A stretch of DNA of 64,000 nucleotides, taken from positions 1,952,001-2,016,000 of the forward strand of contig CAWETU010000001.1 in assembly GCA_963812135.1 (NCBI GenBank), in the 5' to 3' direction. This document shows, one piece after another, positions 34,101 to 43,055 of the stretch (the stretch's first letter is position 1; each line of letters begins with the position of its first letter). The notes beneath the pieces are model-generated. The model searched no databases. It saw only the letters and a program-made list of their open reading frames with translations, and had not been told where the DNA came from. The DNA comes from Vulcanimicrobiota bacterium. GTDB taxonomy: Bacteria > Vulcanimicrobiota > Vulcanimicrobiia > Eremiobacterales > Eremiobacteraceae. The position numbers and the translations under genes are program-made.

Positions 34101-34656
34101 CGGATACGAGACGCCGAGCGTGGCCTCGCTCATCGTCGGCTACAAGCGCGGACCGTTGACCGTCACGCCGAGCGTGACGTGGAGCTCGGGCGCCAAGTAC
34201 GGCTCGCCGCTCTCCTGGCCAGGCTATGCGCCAGACACGTGCGCGAGCAACGGCACGGGTGGCGCCGCGACGCCATCGTGCAGCGGCCAGATCTTCATCC
34301 CCGACGTGTACACCGGCAAGTTCGACAACCTCGGCGCGTTCAACGAGCCGTCGCGGCTGACCGCGAACCTGCAGATCGGCTACAAGCTCTCGCCGGCGGT
34401 GACCACCACGTTGACGATGACGGGACTGGTCGACACGTGCAACCAGCGCGGCTATGTGTGGGATTATTCCAACGTCTGCGTGTACTCGAGCTTGCCGTCA
34501 GGCATTCTCGCACCGGCCGGCAATTTCTCGGCAGCTCCGCCGGTGCAGCTCAAGTATCCCTACGCGATGTGGCTCAACAACAACAACACCGGCTTTGTGG
34601 GCACGAGGATCCCGTTCCAAGCGGCGTTGACCTTCGAGTTCAAACCGAGCTTCTAG
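31195..34656 (+). CDS. TonB-dependent receptor-like outer membrane protein with N-terminal carboxypeptidase-regulatory-like domain
   Basis: Signal peptide, GTTGSIRG...LSPDTYTLT, plug YIRGG..ELDGIP, EPRFGITY, C-terminal Phe. Confidence 0.88.
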   Translation: MSLATRIGLRASILITAILLVAGSAGYAGTTGSIRGRTYDATSKAPIAGADVTATSPSQTAKATSNATGGYVFVSLSPDTYTLTIVKTGFNTTSKSGITVLADQEQDVDIPMQRAIATLGRITTTASNDLLKPGTTSDVYSINSSTAAALRALGGPGGVDQAYSAMAAVPGINLPQGQQGWYQTVYIRGGDQDQVGWELDGIPANRSYDNAPMTMVSNIGQQELQVYTGGTLATADASGIAGYVNQVIKRGTNPPFADIVVGIGFPSYYNKASVEFGGVGGRFSYYGGFAAVNQNYRYINSSNGAGTGGYFYPLNVPTGSAGVYAGGTATFAPGQSYGIYQTRDRENVVNLHYSLPHGVNSDDIQFLYLTSELWAYYYSSIDDLGGPTQVSTTNGGQPIPWSDGTVYNGPVYKPVNTSVSLYPTYIFPSSAMHQPFSALPETIRDGNDNGVAITKLQYQRNFDSRSYLRIFGYTLYSNWFINGPVSAFLPFGAEVADYELPLHQYGANITYSNQLSDQHLLTASAFWTYAGVQRYSSTNGFPGSSPFRPITNYIDAAGNCYNAAGNIASCFDSANRGFPISAAPGAPNNPMPFTAPGGSPAALAGAQWVVTENGYRANLNQVDPETTALAISDNWKASDRMTITLGAREEKYVFQLPDTVDGYPARPFWFAAYNREFCVVPGVLTPQRKANPAETCAADFPGSTPVTLTNQSGGSLTHAVFEPRFGITYAAGPSDVFRGSWGIFARPPDSRDAAYNTVQQDLATFVGVNLVPYGYTSPQHDIKPDTSSNADLSWEHAFRDSDVSFKLTPFYRSTQNQLQQFVLNPLTGLFGSLNVGTQTSTGVEFALNKGNFSRDGWSAQLAYTYIHSTIKYSNFQNGRNVIDNLNTYITQYNAYTQGCVGLTTPTCSATGAPSALAFPCFTAGVGHNGVCAPGDVTNPYFTMATQPLFDRNGAYTTYDLIPAPFFAANGYETPSVASLIVGYKRGPLTVTPSVTWSSGAKYGSPLSWPGYAPDTCASNGTGGAATPSCSGQIFIPDVYTGKFDNLGAFNEPSRLTANLQIGYKLSPAVTTTLTMTGLVDTCNQRGYVWDYSNVCVYSSLPSGILAPAGNFSAAPPVQLKYPYAMWLNNNNTGFVGTRIPFQAALTFEFKPSF

Positions 34657-35414
34657 GAGCGGAGCCAGAGCAGCGCTGCGGTCGCGAGCAACAGCAGGCC
34701 GAAGCCTGCTTTGAGCGCGGTCTCGGGCAAACGGTGGGCAAGCACGACGCCGAACGATACGGTGCACACGCTGCCTGCCGCGAGCGCGAGACCGATCGGC
34801 CAATGGATGTCGCCGGCTCTGCCGTAAACGACAAGGCCGAAGATCAGCCCGGGAACCACCAGCGCCAAGCCCATGCCCTGCGCGACCGTTTGCGTCATAC
34901 CGAACGCTAAGGTGAGCGCGGGCACCGAAAAGACGGCGCCGCCGACGGTGAACAACCCCGACAGCGCGCCGCCGAACAACCCGACGATGCCGGTCAACGG
35001 CCACGGCAAGACGATCGCCTTGCGCTCCCTGCCGCCGCGCCATTCCGCGTACGCGCGCCACATGTAATAGACGGCGAGCACCACAAGAAAAATCGCATAG
35101 CCTCGGCGCAACGGCGCGCTCGGCAGCGTGACGGCGATCCGTGCGAAGACGTAGGTGGAGGCCGCGGCGGTCAGCGACATGAGCGCGACGATGCGCCCGT
35201 CCATGCCGCCGCGCCGCCAATACTGATAGAGCCCTATGAGGACGGTCGGCACGATCATCACGAGCGACGTGCCTTGCGCGTGCTGCTGATCCATGCCGAA
35301 AGCCAGCCCCAGGACGGCGATGGCGATCAGCCCGCCGCCGATGCCGAACAGGCCGCCAAGCAGGCCGAGCACCAGCCCGATGGCCAGGAACACGAGGTAC
35401 TCAAACGGCGGCAT
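34653..35414 (-). CDS. Sulfite exporter TauE/SafE family protein
   Basis: GLFGIGGG, AQGTSL and repeated GLFTVGGA/AQGMGL halves. Confidence 0.92.
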   Translation of the reverse strand: MPPFEYLVFLAIGLVLGLLGGLFGIGGGLIAIAVLGLAFGMDQQHAQGTSLVMIVPTVLIGLYQYWRRGGMDGRIVALMSLTAAASTYVFARIAVTLPSAPLRRGYAIFLVVLAVYYMWRAYAEWRGGRERKAIVLPWPLTGIVGLFGGALSGLFTVGGAVFSVPALTLAFGMTQTVAQGMGLALVVPGLIFGLVVYGRAGDIHWPIGLALAAGSVCTVSFGVVLAHRLPETALKAGFGLLLLATAALLWLRS

Positions 35415-35517
35415 TGCCGGGCCGTTACCGGGCGGCGAACTCCTCGCCTTCGGGCGATTCGAGTTTGGTCATACTGTCAGGTGGGATACCGCGGCTCGGC
35501 GGCGTATTGGCCACTTC

Positions 35518-35967
35518 GTGCGCCAGCTTAACGCCCTCGTACTAGCCTCGCTCGTCGCCGTCATGGCGGCGGGTTGTTCATCCACGGTCACTACCACGAC
35601 GAATGATCCCGATGCGCAAGGCGTCATGGATACGCTGATACCGGCGGCCTTCGGCCATTGGGATGTCAACGCGCTCGTCGCGGTGGCGGATCCGGCGGTG
35701 TACACACCCGAGCGCGTGCAACGTGCGCGCTTGTTTTTCGGCGAACTCTCGTCGAAGCTCGGGCCCATGGTCGCGTATAACAAGGCGCACGGGACGACCC
35801 AGATCTCCGGCAGTGGCGCCGATCAGATCAAGAAAGCGTCGTATGATGCGATTGTCGTCTTTAAAAAAGGCACGGCCACGATCCACGTCGAGGCTGCGAA
35901 GAAACAGGGCCGCTGGCTGATCGAAGACGCAAGCGTCCAACCCTCGCAACATCTGCTCGTCCACTAA
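35518..35967 (+). CDS. Hypothetical lipoprotein
   Basis: GTG start, MAAGC lipobox, KLGP...FKKGTATI...GRWLI. Confidence 0.7.
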   Translation: MRQLNALVLASLVAVMAAGCSSTVTTTTNDPDAQGVMDTLIPAAFGHWDVNALVAVADPAVYTPERVQRARLFFGELSSKLGPMVAYNKAHGTTQISGSGADQIKKASYDAIVVFKKGTATIHVEAAKKQGRWLIEDASVQPSQHLLVH

Positions 35968-36042
35968 CTCGTGACACAGACCTGGCACGGATTCGCCAGA
36001 AACGTGCTTGGTAGCAGCTACTCCGAAAGCGAAGGGTACTGC

Positions 36043-36078
36043 GGCCCGCATTCATGCCCGTGAAGTGCGGGCCTTTGT
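36043..36078 (+). terminator. Putative intrinsic terminator
   Basis: GGCCCGCA-TTCA...TGAA-G-TGCGGGCC stem followed by TTTGT. Confidence 0.55.
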
Positions 36079-36123
36079 GTGGAGCGGAGGGTTGGGCGAG
36101 ATTCGCGTGGCATACCTGACCGC

Positions 36124-37071
36124 ATGAAAAGCTTTGCGATCGTTCTGCTTGCAGCAATCGTCCTTTCCCAAACTTCCGCCCAAAGCCGCGCGGCCACGAG
36201 CCCTTGGAGCTCGACTGCCACGATGGGTTGGACTCAGTATGCGATGGCGGGCGCGCGCGTCGGCCATAAGATCTACCTGATCGGCGACCGCCAAGCGCTG
36301 CACATCTACGACATCACCGCCAACTCGTGGTCGACCGGCGCCGCGGTGCCGAACAACCAATACGGGCCGATCGTCGCAACCGGCGGGAAGGTCTACGTCA
36401 TCGGCGGCGCGACCGGCCCACGCATCACGAGCGATGTCCGGGCGTACGATCCCACCGCGAACAGCTGGACGAAGGTCGCGAGTCTGCCCTCAGCGCGCGG
36501 CGCGGGCGCTGCGGCGGTGCTGAGCGGCAAGATCCACCTCGTCGGCGGCCGCGCGTATCAAGGCGCGACGCTTGTCGATGTCACCGATCATCTCGTCTAC
36601 GACCCTGCCACAAACGCATGGAGCAAACTCGCGCCCATGCTGACCGCGCGCGATCAACTCGCGCTCGTTCCAGACCCGACGGGCGGCAAACTCTACGCCA
36701 TCGGCGGCTGGAACACGACCACCGTGAACCCCTCTGGCGGCAACGAAGCGTATAACGCCGCGACCGACACGTGGACGAAGATGCCGAAGATGCCGACGCC
36801 GCGCATGAACATCGGCGCCGCATTGCTCAACGGTTACATCTACGCCGCCGGCGGCGCGACGAACCGCGTGATGTACTCGGGCGTGGAAGCGTACAACGTG
36901 CAATCAGGCAAATGGACCGTCACCGCGCCGCTGCCGGCCGCGCGTCCGAAGGCCAGCGCGATCGCGTACAACGGCACGCTCTATGTGACCGGCGGGAACG
37001 TCTGTCAGGACGGCGCGTGCTATGGCACCAATAAGTTCTGGACGTACACGCCCGTGGCGCCCAACCCATAG
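36124..37071 (+). CDS. Secreted Kelch-repeat beta-propeller protein
   Basis: Signal peptide; about six repeats of [IVL]Y.IGG...YDP..NSW. Confidence 0.92.
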   Translation: MKSFAIVLLAAIVLSQTSAQSRAATSPWSSTATMGWTQYAMAGARVGHKIYLIGDRQALHIYDITANSWSTGAAVPNNQYGPIVATGGKVYVIGGATGPRITSDVRAYDPTANSWTKVASLPSARGAGAAAVLSGKIHLVGGRAYQGATLVDVTDHLVYDPATNAWSKLAPMLTARDQLALVPDPTGGKLYAIGGWNTTTVNPSGGNEAYNAATDTWTKMPKMPTPRMNIGAALLNGYIYAAGGATNRVMYSGVEAYNVQSGKWTVTAPLPAARPKASAIAYNGTLYVTGGNVCQDGACYGTNKFWTYTPVAPNP

Positions 37072-37118
37072 AATCGCCGGAGAGGTTACGCGCCGGACGA
37101 GCCTAAGTCTGCGCAACG

Positions 37119-37763
37119 ATGCCCCGCTTGTCCATCGGTTTTTGGTTCTGCGCGGCGATCGCGATCATCGCCGCCGCTCTCGCCAATCCATGCGTTGAGT
37201 TCGCTTCAAATGCGGGCTGGTTCGGGCATGGAGTCTTCACGGACCGTAGCAACGTCGACGTCATCCCGACCCTTGTCGTTGGGATCGCGCTCCCCGCTTT
37301 GCGTTTCTTGCGACGGATCACCGAACTGCTATTCCCCGCGGGCGCCGGACGCGTGCAAACGTGGCTCCGACTTGCCAGCCGCGTTCTGCGCGTGCGGAAC
37401 GTGCTGTCGTTCGTGCCGGCCGCCTTCGGCATGCAGCTGCTCGTGCTGTTCTCGATGGAGTCCCTTGAACAACTGGCGGTGCGCGGGCACCTCCTAGGCG
37501 GCATGCTCTGGCTCGGCGGCCCAATCGCGGTAGGTCTGTTGGTTCACGCGCTCTTCTGCGTCGCGACGGCGTTTGCGCTCGCCAGGATCATGCAAGGGCT
37601 CGAACACGGCGCGGTGCGCGTCGCACGGCTGATCTGCAGCGCATTGCTGTCCGCCCGCGACATTCCGCCGATCATCTTGCGCCGGGATCTGACGACCAGC
37701 CTTCCGATATCGCCGCTGCGCTGCAGCACCGGCGAACGCGCGCCTCCGTCCTTCGCCCGCTAA
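37119..37763 (+). CDS. Hypothetical membrane protein with C-terminal RAPP motif (candidate arrest peptide)
   Basis: About four TM segments; ends PLRCSTGERAPPSFAR*. Confidence 0.75.
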   Translation: MPRLSIGFWFCAAIAIIAAALANPCVEFASNAGWFGHGVFTDRSNVDVIPTLVVGIALPALRFLRRITELLFPAGAGRVQTWLRLASRVLRVRNVLSFVPAAFGMQLLVLFSMESLEQLAVRGHLLGGMLWLGGPIAVGLLVHALFCVATAFALARIMQGLEHGAVRVARLICSALLSARDIPPIILRRDLTTSLPISPLRCSTGERAPPSFAR

Positions 37764-37805
37764 CCAACTCTTCGACCTCACGTCCGGACGGAGCACGTAC
37801 TCACA

Positions 37806-39050
37806 GTGCGTCAACCCAGAACGCTGGGGCGCAGGACGCTCGCCATCATCGTGGCGGGCGTCGCGCTCATCCTCATCGCCGGCATCGTCATCATGTGGCG
37901 ATCGGGCAAACACTATGCCGGCAATATCGCCGCCAGGCTGACGATGGGCGATCAGCCCGTGGACATCTTGCTGATCGCAAACAACGGGCGCGATCTGAAG
38001 GCGAGCGATCCGCTAGGTCTTGGATCGGCGGCCGGCCAGGCCGACGTCATCCTGCTTGCGCGCGTCGACCCGAAGGCGCACGCGATCTACGCGATCACCA
38101 TTCCGCGAGACGCGTTGGTCGCACAGCCGCAATGGCACAACTCCGTGCCGAAGATCAAGACGCTATTCTTCATGGGAGATCAAGAGACGCCGCCGCGCGG
38201 TCCGCAGTACCTTTCGCAAGCCGTAGCCGCGTTGACTGGGTTACCGGTGGATGGGTACATCGCCGCGAATTTCGCCGGGTTCAAGGAGGCGGTCGATTTC
38301 GCGGGCGGGCTGACCGTGAACGTCAAGCAACGTATCTACGATCCGCAATTCAGCCATGCAGATTTCCGGCCGGGCATCCAGCACATGAACGGCGCCCAGG
38401 CGCTGGCGTTCATCCGCGTGCGTCAAAATCAAGCCGGCAACTCCTACCGAGTCAACGACTACGAGCGCATGCAGGCGGAGGTCGAGGTGCTCGGGCTGTT
38501 GCGCAACAAGCTGCTCGACCCGCTACGAGCGTCGACGCTGTTGCCGGCATTCGTCGAGCACATGAAACACGACGTCGCCACGAGCTTCCCGCACGACCAA
38601 CTCGTCCGCATCGGCGTCGCGATGGCCGGCGCACCAGTATTCCAGGTGCCGCTAGGGTCTGTTGGAGACTCGATGGTGTTGGCGCGGGCGAGCGTGCCCG
38701 GCATCAATCATTCCGGCACGATCGACGAGGCGGAGTACGTCGTCCTCGATCCGTCAGAAGTGCAACGGCATCTCGCGGAGTTCGGATCGCGCTCGTCGAG
38801 CACGGGATTGCCGCCCTTCGCCGATCCCGCCTCGATGCACATCGACCTGCACGGTTCGAAACACCTCGCCCTGCATTTCGAGCATCTCGGTTTCGTGCAC
38901 GTCCGCGTCGTCGGAGGAGCGACCGGAGAAGAGCGTGTCGTCTACCCCAGCGCGCAGCCTGCGACCGGCTGGCAAGTCGCGCGCGCGATGGGCGTCGGGA
39001 ACGTGTACGTCCAGCCTGGCGACGGCACCGTTGTCACGGTCTACGAATAG
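37806..39050 (+). CDS. LCP (LytR-CpsA-Psr) family glycopolymer transferase
   Basis: N-terminal TM anchor, ADVILLAR, ITIPRD, NFAGFKEAVD..GGL, MNGAQALAFIRVR, DYERMQ. Confidence 0.88.
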   Translation: MRQPRTLGRRTLAIIVAGVALILIAGIVIMWRSGKHYAGNIAARLTMGDQPVDILLIANNGRDLKASDPLGLGSAAGQADVILLARVDPKAHAIYAITIPRDALVAQPQWHNSVPKIKTLFFMGDQETPPRGPQYLSQAVAALTGLPVDGYIAANFAGFKEAVDFAGGLTVNVKQRIYDPQFSHADFRPGIQHMNGAQALAFIRVRQNQAGNSYRVNDYERMQAEVEVLGLLRNKLLDPLRASTLLPAFVEHMKHDVATSFPHDQLVRIGVAMAGAPVFQVPLGSVGDSMVLARASVPGINHSGTIDEAEYVVLDPSEVQRHLAEFGSRSSSTGLPPFADPASMHIDLHGSKHLALHFEHLGFVHVRVVGGATGEERVVYPSAQPATGWQVARAMGVGNVYVQPGDGTVVTVYE

Positions 39051-39133
39051 ACCACCGAGTCGGCCTACGCCGTCAGGTCAGCGCTCGCGTGTGAGTTCGA
39101 GGAGTTACCTCTAAACAGTGTAATCCGTCACTC

Positions 39134-40222
39134 ATGCGCGTCGCTCGCATCTTCGGCATCGACATCTACATCGATCTGAGCTGGTTCATCATCTTCGTGC
39201 TCGTCGCGTGGATGCTCAGCAGCGACGTCGGGCCGCTCCGGACGGCTGGGCTGTCCGCCGGCGAGCGGTGGGCATTCGGAGTCGTCACGTCGCTGCTCTT
39301 CTTCGGGAGCGTGCTCGCACACGAGCTTGCGCATTCCGTCGTCGCGCGCATGCGCGGATTGCCGGTCACGCGCATCACGCTGTTCATCTTCGGCGGCATC
39401 TCGCAGATCGGTGGCGCGTTTGACAGCGCGAACGCTGAGGGGTGGATCGCGTTCGTCGGGCCTCTCACGAGCGCCGTTCTCTCCGGGCTCTTCTACATCG
39501 TCGCGCAAGCGCTGGGCGCGCACTCGGCGTTTGGCCTGGCTGCCGGCTACCTCGGCTGGGCCAACGGAGCGCTGGCGATCTTCAACCTGCTGCCCGCCTA
39601 CCCGCTCGACGGCGGCAAGGTATTGCACTCGCTCATCTGGCGCGCGACCGGCGATCGCCGGCGTGCGACGCGCGTCGCAGCCGGCATCGGTCAGGCCATC
39701 GCGCTCCTCATGATCGCGCTCGGCATCTTCATGTCGTTCACCGTCAGCTTCTTCAGCGGATTGTGGTTTGCGCTGATCGGCTGGTTCCTGTACCAAGCCG
39801 GACGCTCGGAGGCGTCGACGTCCGAACTCGCCGCAGCACTGAAGGGGCAGACCGCACGCTCGATCGCGGTGACACCGCCTCCGGCGCTGTCGCCGGGCGA
39901 TACCGCCGGCACGGCGATGGCAGCACTCCTTCGCAGCGGGCAGCGTGCGGCGCCGGTGGTCGCCGATGGACGGCTCGTGGGCATCATCACCTTGACGGAT
40001 CTGGCTCGAGCTCACGCGGGCTCAGCTGACGCGCCGGTGTCCGCGTTGATGACGCCGATCGACAAGGTCAAGAGCGTCGCGCCTTCGGGGGACGCGATGG
40101 ACGCGCTGAGTCTGCTCGCGCAGACCGGTTATCACCAGCTCCCGGTCATCGACGATGCGGGGACGCTCGCCGGATTCATCACGCGCGAGGGATTGTTGCA
40201 GCGTCTTGCGCTAGCAGGGTAA
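39134..40222 (+). CDS. Site-2 protease (M50) with C-terminal CBS pair
   Basis: HELAH, FNLLPAYPLDGG, two CBS domains. Confidence 0.95.
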   Translation: MRVARIFGIDIYIDLSWFIIFVLVAWMLSSDVGPLRTAGLSAGERWAFGVVTSLLFFGSVLAHELAHSVVARMRGLPVTRITLFIFGGISQIGGAFDSANAEGWIAFVGPLTSAVLSGLFYIVAQALGAHSAFGLAAGYLGWANGALAIFNLLPAYPLDGGKVLHSLIWRATGDRRRATRVAAGIGQAIALLMIALGIFMSFTVSFFSGLWFALIGWFLYQAGRSEASTSELAAALKGQTARSIAVTPPPALSPGDTAGTAMAALLRSGQRAAPVVADGRLVGIITLTDLARAHAGSADAPVSALMTPIDKVKSVAPSGDAMDALSLLAQTGYHQLPVIDDAGTLAGFITREGLLQRLALAG

Positions 40223-40230
40223 AAGAACGC

Positions 40231-40956
40231 ATGAGCAATCACAAACATCGCAGTCATGAGGAGCTCTACTCAGCAGCGGGCAGCCGTAAGACACGAGCAC
40301 ACACGCCCGTCGATCATCGCGCGGGAGGCCCGGCGTTGACGCTTCACGCGGGGCCGACCGAGTGGGCGGCAGTCGAACTTATCCACGTGAGAGCCGACCG
40401 CGCGCCGGCTGCGGTCGCCGCGAGCCAAACGCTGATCGAGCTGCTCGGGAGGGAAGTCGACGTGCGTTCGGCCGCGATCTTCGTGGCAAAACACGAACGC
40501 CGCGTCGCGACGTTTGTTTGGCTCACCGGACACGAGGATTACTCGAAGCTCCGAAACGCCTGGGACGAACACCATCTCGAGCGCGAACACCGCGAAGCCG
40601 TTGAGAAGCGGGATCTGTCAATCTGTCGCGTCAACGCGGTCGCCGGCGATCCGACCATCAGGCCGGGCACCCACACCGTGTGGGCGATCGAGAAATTGCC
40701 GCTCAGCGCGTCGCGTGCTGCCGAAGTATTGACGGTGATCGAGCGTTCGCGACCCGCGGGTTTCGTCGGCGCTGTGGTCTTCGGCGCGGACGACGGCACG
40801 CACAGCTACTTCGGACACCGCTGGGAACATAAAGAGAGCGTCGAATCATTCCGCGGCTCTGCGGCGGCCGTCCAAGCGATCGGACCCGCCGGAAAGACCG
40901 GCGACGCCTTCGAGCTCTACCAGCCGGTGTGGACGTTCGCACCGGTCGCGACCTGA
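40231..40956 (+). CDS. Hypothetical protein (possible tandem dimeric alpha-beta barrel/ABM-like)
   Basis: Good codon usage, follows M50 by 8 nt; GFVGAVVF..DDGT....RWEHKES pattern. Confidence 0.6.
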   Translation: MSNHKHRSHEELYSAAGSRKTRAHTPVDHRAGGPALTLHAGPTEWAAVELIHVRADRAPAAVAASQTLIELLGREVDVRSAAIFVAKHERRVATFVWLTGHEDYSKLRNAWDEHHLEREHREAVEKRDLSICRVNAVAGDPTIRPGTHTVWAIEKLPLSASRAAEVLTVIERSRPAGFVGAVVFGADDGTHSYFGHRWEHKESVESFRGSAAAVQAIGPAGKTGDAFELYQPVWTFAPVAT

Positions 40957-40964
40957 TACGCATC

Positions 40965-41318
40965 TTATAAGTGGAGTAGGCTCTCCCAGTCAGAAGGCAC
41001 ACGCCCCGCGGGGCCGGGCACGGGCTGGCTCAAAGGATGCGACTGGGGAGCGGGCAAGTCCGGCCCCGAAAAAAATTCGCCAGTGCGATAGTCAAAGAAC
41101 CAACGTTCCCCGGGTTCATAGCTTGTGATGATCGGATGGCCGGCAGCGGCGTGGTGCTTCGACGCGTGCTGGTTGGGCGAGTTGTCACAGCAGCCGATGT
41201 GCCCGCACTGCGCGCAGCGCCGGAGGTGTAACCACCACGCGTTTGTCGCCAGGCACTCAACGCATCCCGTACCACTTGGTTTTGCGGTGAGATCGATACC
41301 GCTTCTCTCGAGTTTCAT
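40965..41318 (-). CDS. UBP-type zinc finger protein
   Basis: GCVECL...HLRRCAQCGHIGCCDNSPNQHASKH. Confidence 0.92.
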   Translation of the reverse strand: MKLERSGIDLTAKPSGTGCVECLATNAWWLHLRRCAQCGHIGCCDNSPNQHASKHHAAAGHPIITSYEPGERWFFDYRTGEFFSGPDLPAPQSHPLSQPVPGPAGRVPSDWESLLHL

Positions 41319-41755
41319 GCGAGGCCGACCTGCTTCATGAACGTCTGGTTGTCCCAAAAGAGATACTCTTCGTCCATCACGCCGTCTTTCCAATGACCGA
41401 CGGTGCACATGGGCAGCTTGTAGGACTTGCCCGTCGGAGGAATCGTTTTCCCATCGCCTACCGGCATCGGTTTCGTGAACGTCCCCTCCATCAAACCGAT
41501 CACGCATGTCCAATCACCGGAGCCGAACTTGACCGGATGCACGCGAATGCGGTTATCCGGCGCAAAGACGAACTGCGCGCCCAGATCCTTGATATGCTGC
41601 TCGATGCCTTTGGTCGTGTGACCGTCGGGCCAATGCACCAGGATATCGTTCGCGTGGCTACGTGAGAGCTCGTCCCATTTCTGATTCGTGTAGACGTCGA
41701 AATCCAAGTCATCGAAGATGGCGATGTGGTCGAGAGTCGCTTGCTCATCGGTCAT
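41315..41755 (-). CDS. SnoaL-like ester cyclase family protein
   Basis: FDDLDFDV, VHWPDGH, FAPDNRI..HP, PPTGKSY..MCTV, EEYLFWDN; GGAGG RBS. Confidence 0.85.
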   Translation of the reverse strand: MTDEQATLDHIAIFDDLDFDVYTNQKWDELSRSHANDILVHWPDGHTTKGIEQHIKDLGAQFVFAPDNRIRVHPVKFGSGDWTCVIGLMEGTFTKPMPVGDGKTIPPTGKSYKLPMCTVGHWKDGVMDEEYLFWDNQTFMKQVGLA

Positions 41756-41769
41756 GGTGCCCTCCTTAC

Positions 41770-42813
41770 TCAGTGACCAGCCTCGGCGTGGATCTGACGA
41801 ACTTGCGGAATCACTTTGCTCCCGTACAGCTCGATGCAGCGCATGAGCTTCTCGTGCGCGAGCGTGCCCGCGCTGTATTTCATGTCGAAGCGAGCGATGC
41901 CCAGCATCTTCGCGGTCGCCGCGATCTTGCGTGCGACCGTGTCGGGCGAACCGCAGTACAGCGAGCCTCGATCGGCCTCCTGATCGAACTCTGCGCGTGT
42001 GATCGGTCCCCAACCGCGTTCGGCTCCGATCCGGTCGCGCATGACTTTGAACGGCGGCCAGAGCTCGTCTTTCGCCTGCGCGTCAGTGTCGGCGACATAG
42101 CCCGGTGAGTGGACGCCGACCGGCAGCGACGCCATGCCGAGCTGCGCGAGGGCTTTGTGGTACAGTTCGACATACGGCGCGAATCTTTTCGGCTCGCCGC
42201 CGATGATCGCCAGCATCATAGGTAGGCGGTAGCGAGCAGCGCGGACGACGGATTCGGGACTTCCGCCGACGCCGATCCATGTCTTGAGCGATCCTGACTC
42301 GATCGTGGGAAACACGCGCTGGCTCGTCAACGACGACCGCGTATTGCCTTGCCATGTCACCGGCTCTTGCGTGATCAGGGCCGCGAACAGGTCGAGCTTT
42401 TCGGCGAACAGCTCCTCGTACTGGCTGAGATCGTAACCGAAGAGCGGGAAAGACTCGGTAAACGATCCGCGCCCAAGAATGACCTCGGCGCGGCCGCTCG
42501 AAATGGCGTCCAGCGTCGCGAAGCGTTGAAACACACGGACAGGATCGTCCGAGCTGAGCACGGTGACCGCGGAGCCTAGCCGGATGCGCTTCGTGCGCGA
42601 AGCGATCCCGGCCAACACGACCTCGGGAGCCGAGATCGCGAAGTCACCGCGGTGATGCTCGCCGACACCGATGAAATCCACGCCGAGCCTGTCGGCGAGC
42701 ACGGCCTCTTCAACGACGTTGCGGATGACCTGCGCGTGCGACAACAATTTGCCGTCGGGGCCGGCGGTGACATCGCCGAACGTATCCAAGCCGAGTTCCA
42801 GCTGTTGCACCAT
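41770..42813 (-). CDS. LLM-class flavin-dependent oxidoreductase (luciferase-like)
   Basis: GLDTFGD, GVGEHH, SAVTVLSSDDPVRVFQRF, GRGSFTESFPLFG. Confidence 0.93.
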   Translation of the reverse strand: MVQQLELGLDTFGDVTAGPDGKLLSHAQVIRNVVEEAVLADRLGVDFIGVGEHHRGDFAISAPEVVLAGIASRTKRIRLGSAVTVLSSDDPVRVFQRFATLDAISSGRAEVILGRGSFTESFPLFGYDLSQYEELFAEKLDLFAALITQEPVTWQGNTRSSLTSQRVFPTIESGSLKTWIGVGGSPESVVRAARYRLPMMLAIIGGEPKRFAPYVELYHKALAQLGMASLPVGVHSPGYVADTDAQAKDELWPPFKVMRDRIGAERGWGPITRAEFDQEADRGSLYCGSPDTVARKIAATAKMLGIARFDMKYSAGTLAHEKLMRCIELYGSKVIPQVRQIHAEAGH

Positions 42814-43055
42814 GCCGCGCCACCTTCGCATTGTCCCAGCGTGAGCCTTCGAAGCAGCGGTTCGCGGAAATCCAGGATGCAGAAACTCGAACGCATGCAC
42901 TACGTCCGATCGGAAAACAGACCGAGCGGTATGGATGGAAACGGCGCTCAATCCGCAAACCGAGCCAGCCCGCAGAAAACCCCCGCTATGATTTGAGCAC
43001 GAAAAATGTTCGCTTTGCGTTGAGGGTGCTAGCGGCGGATAGGGAGAGTGAGTAA

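Noticed and set aside
35983..35998. Sigma54 promoter TGGCACG
   Set aside because: No TTGC/GC at the required -12 spacing
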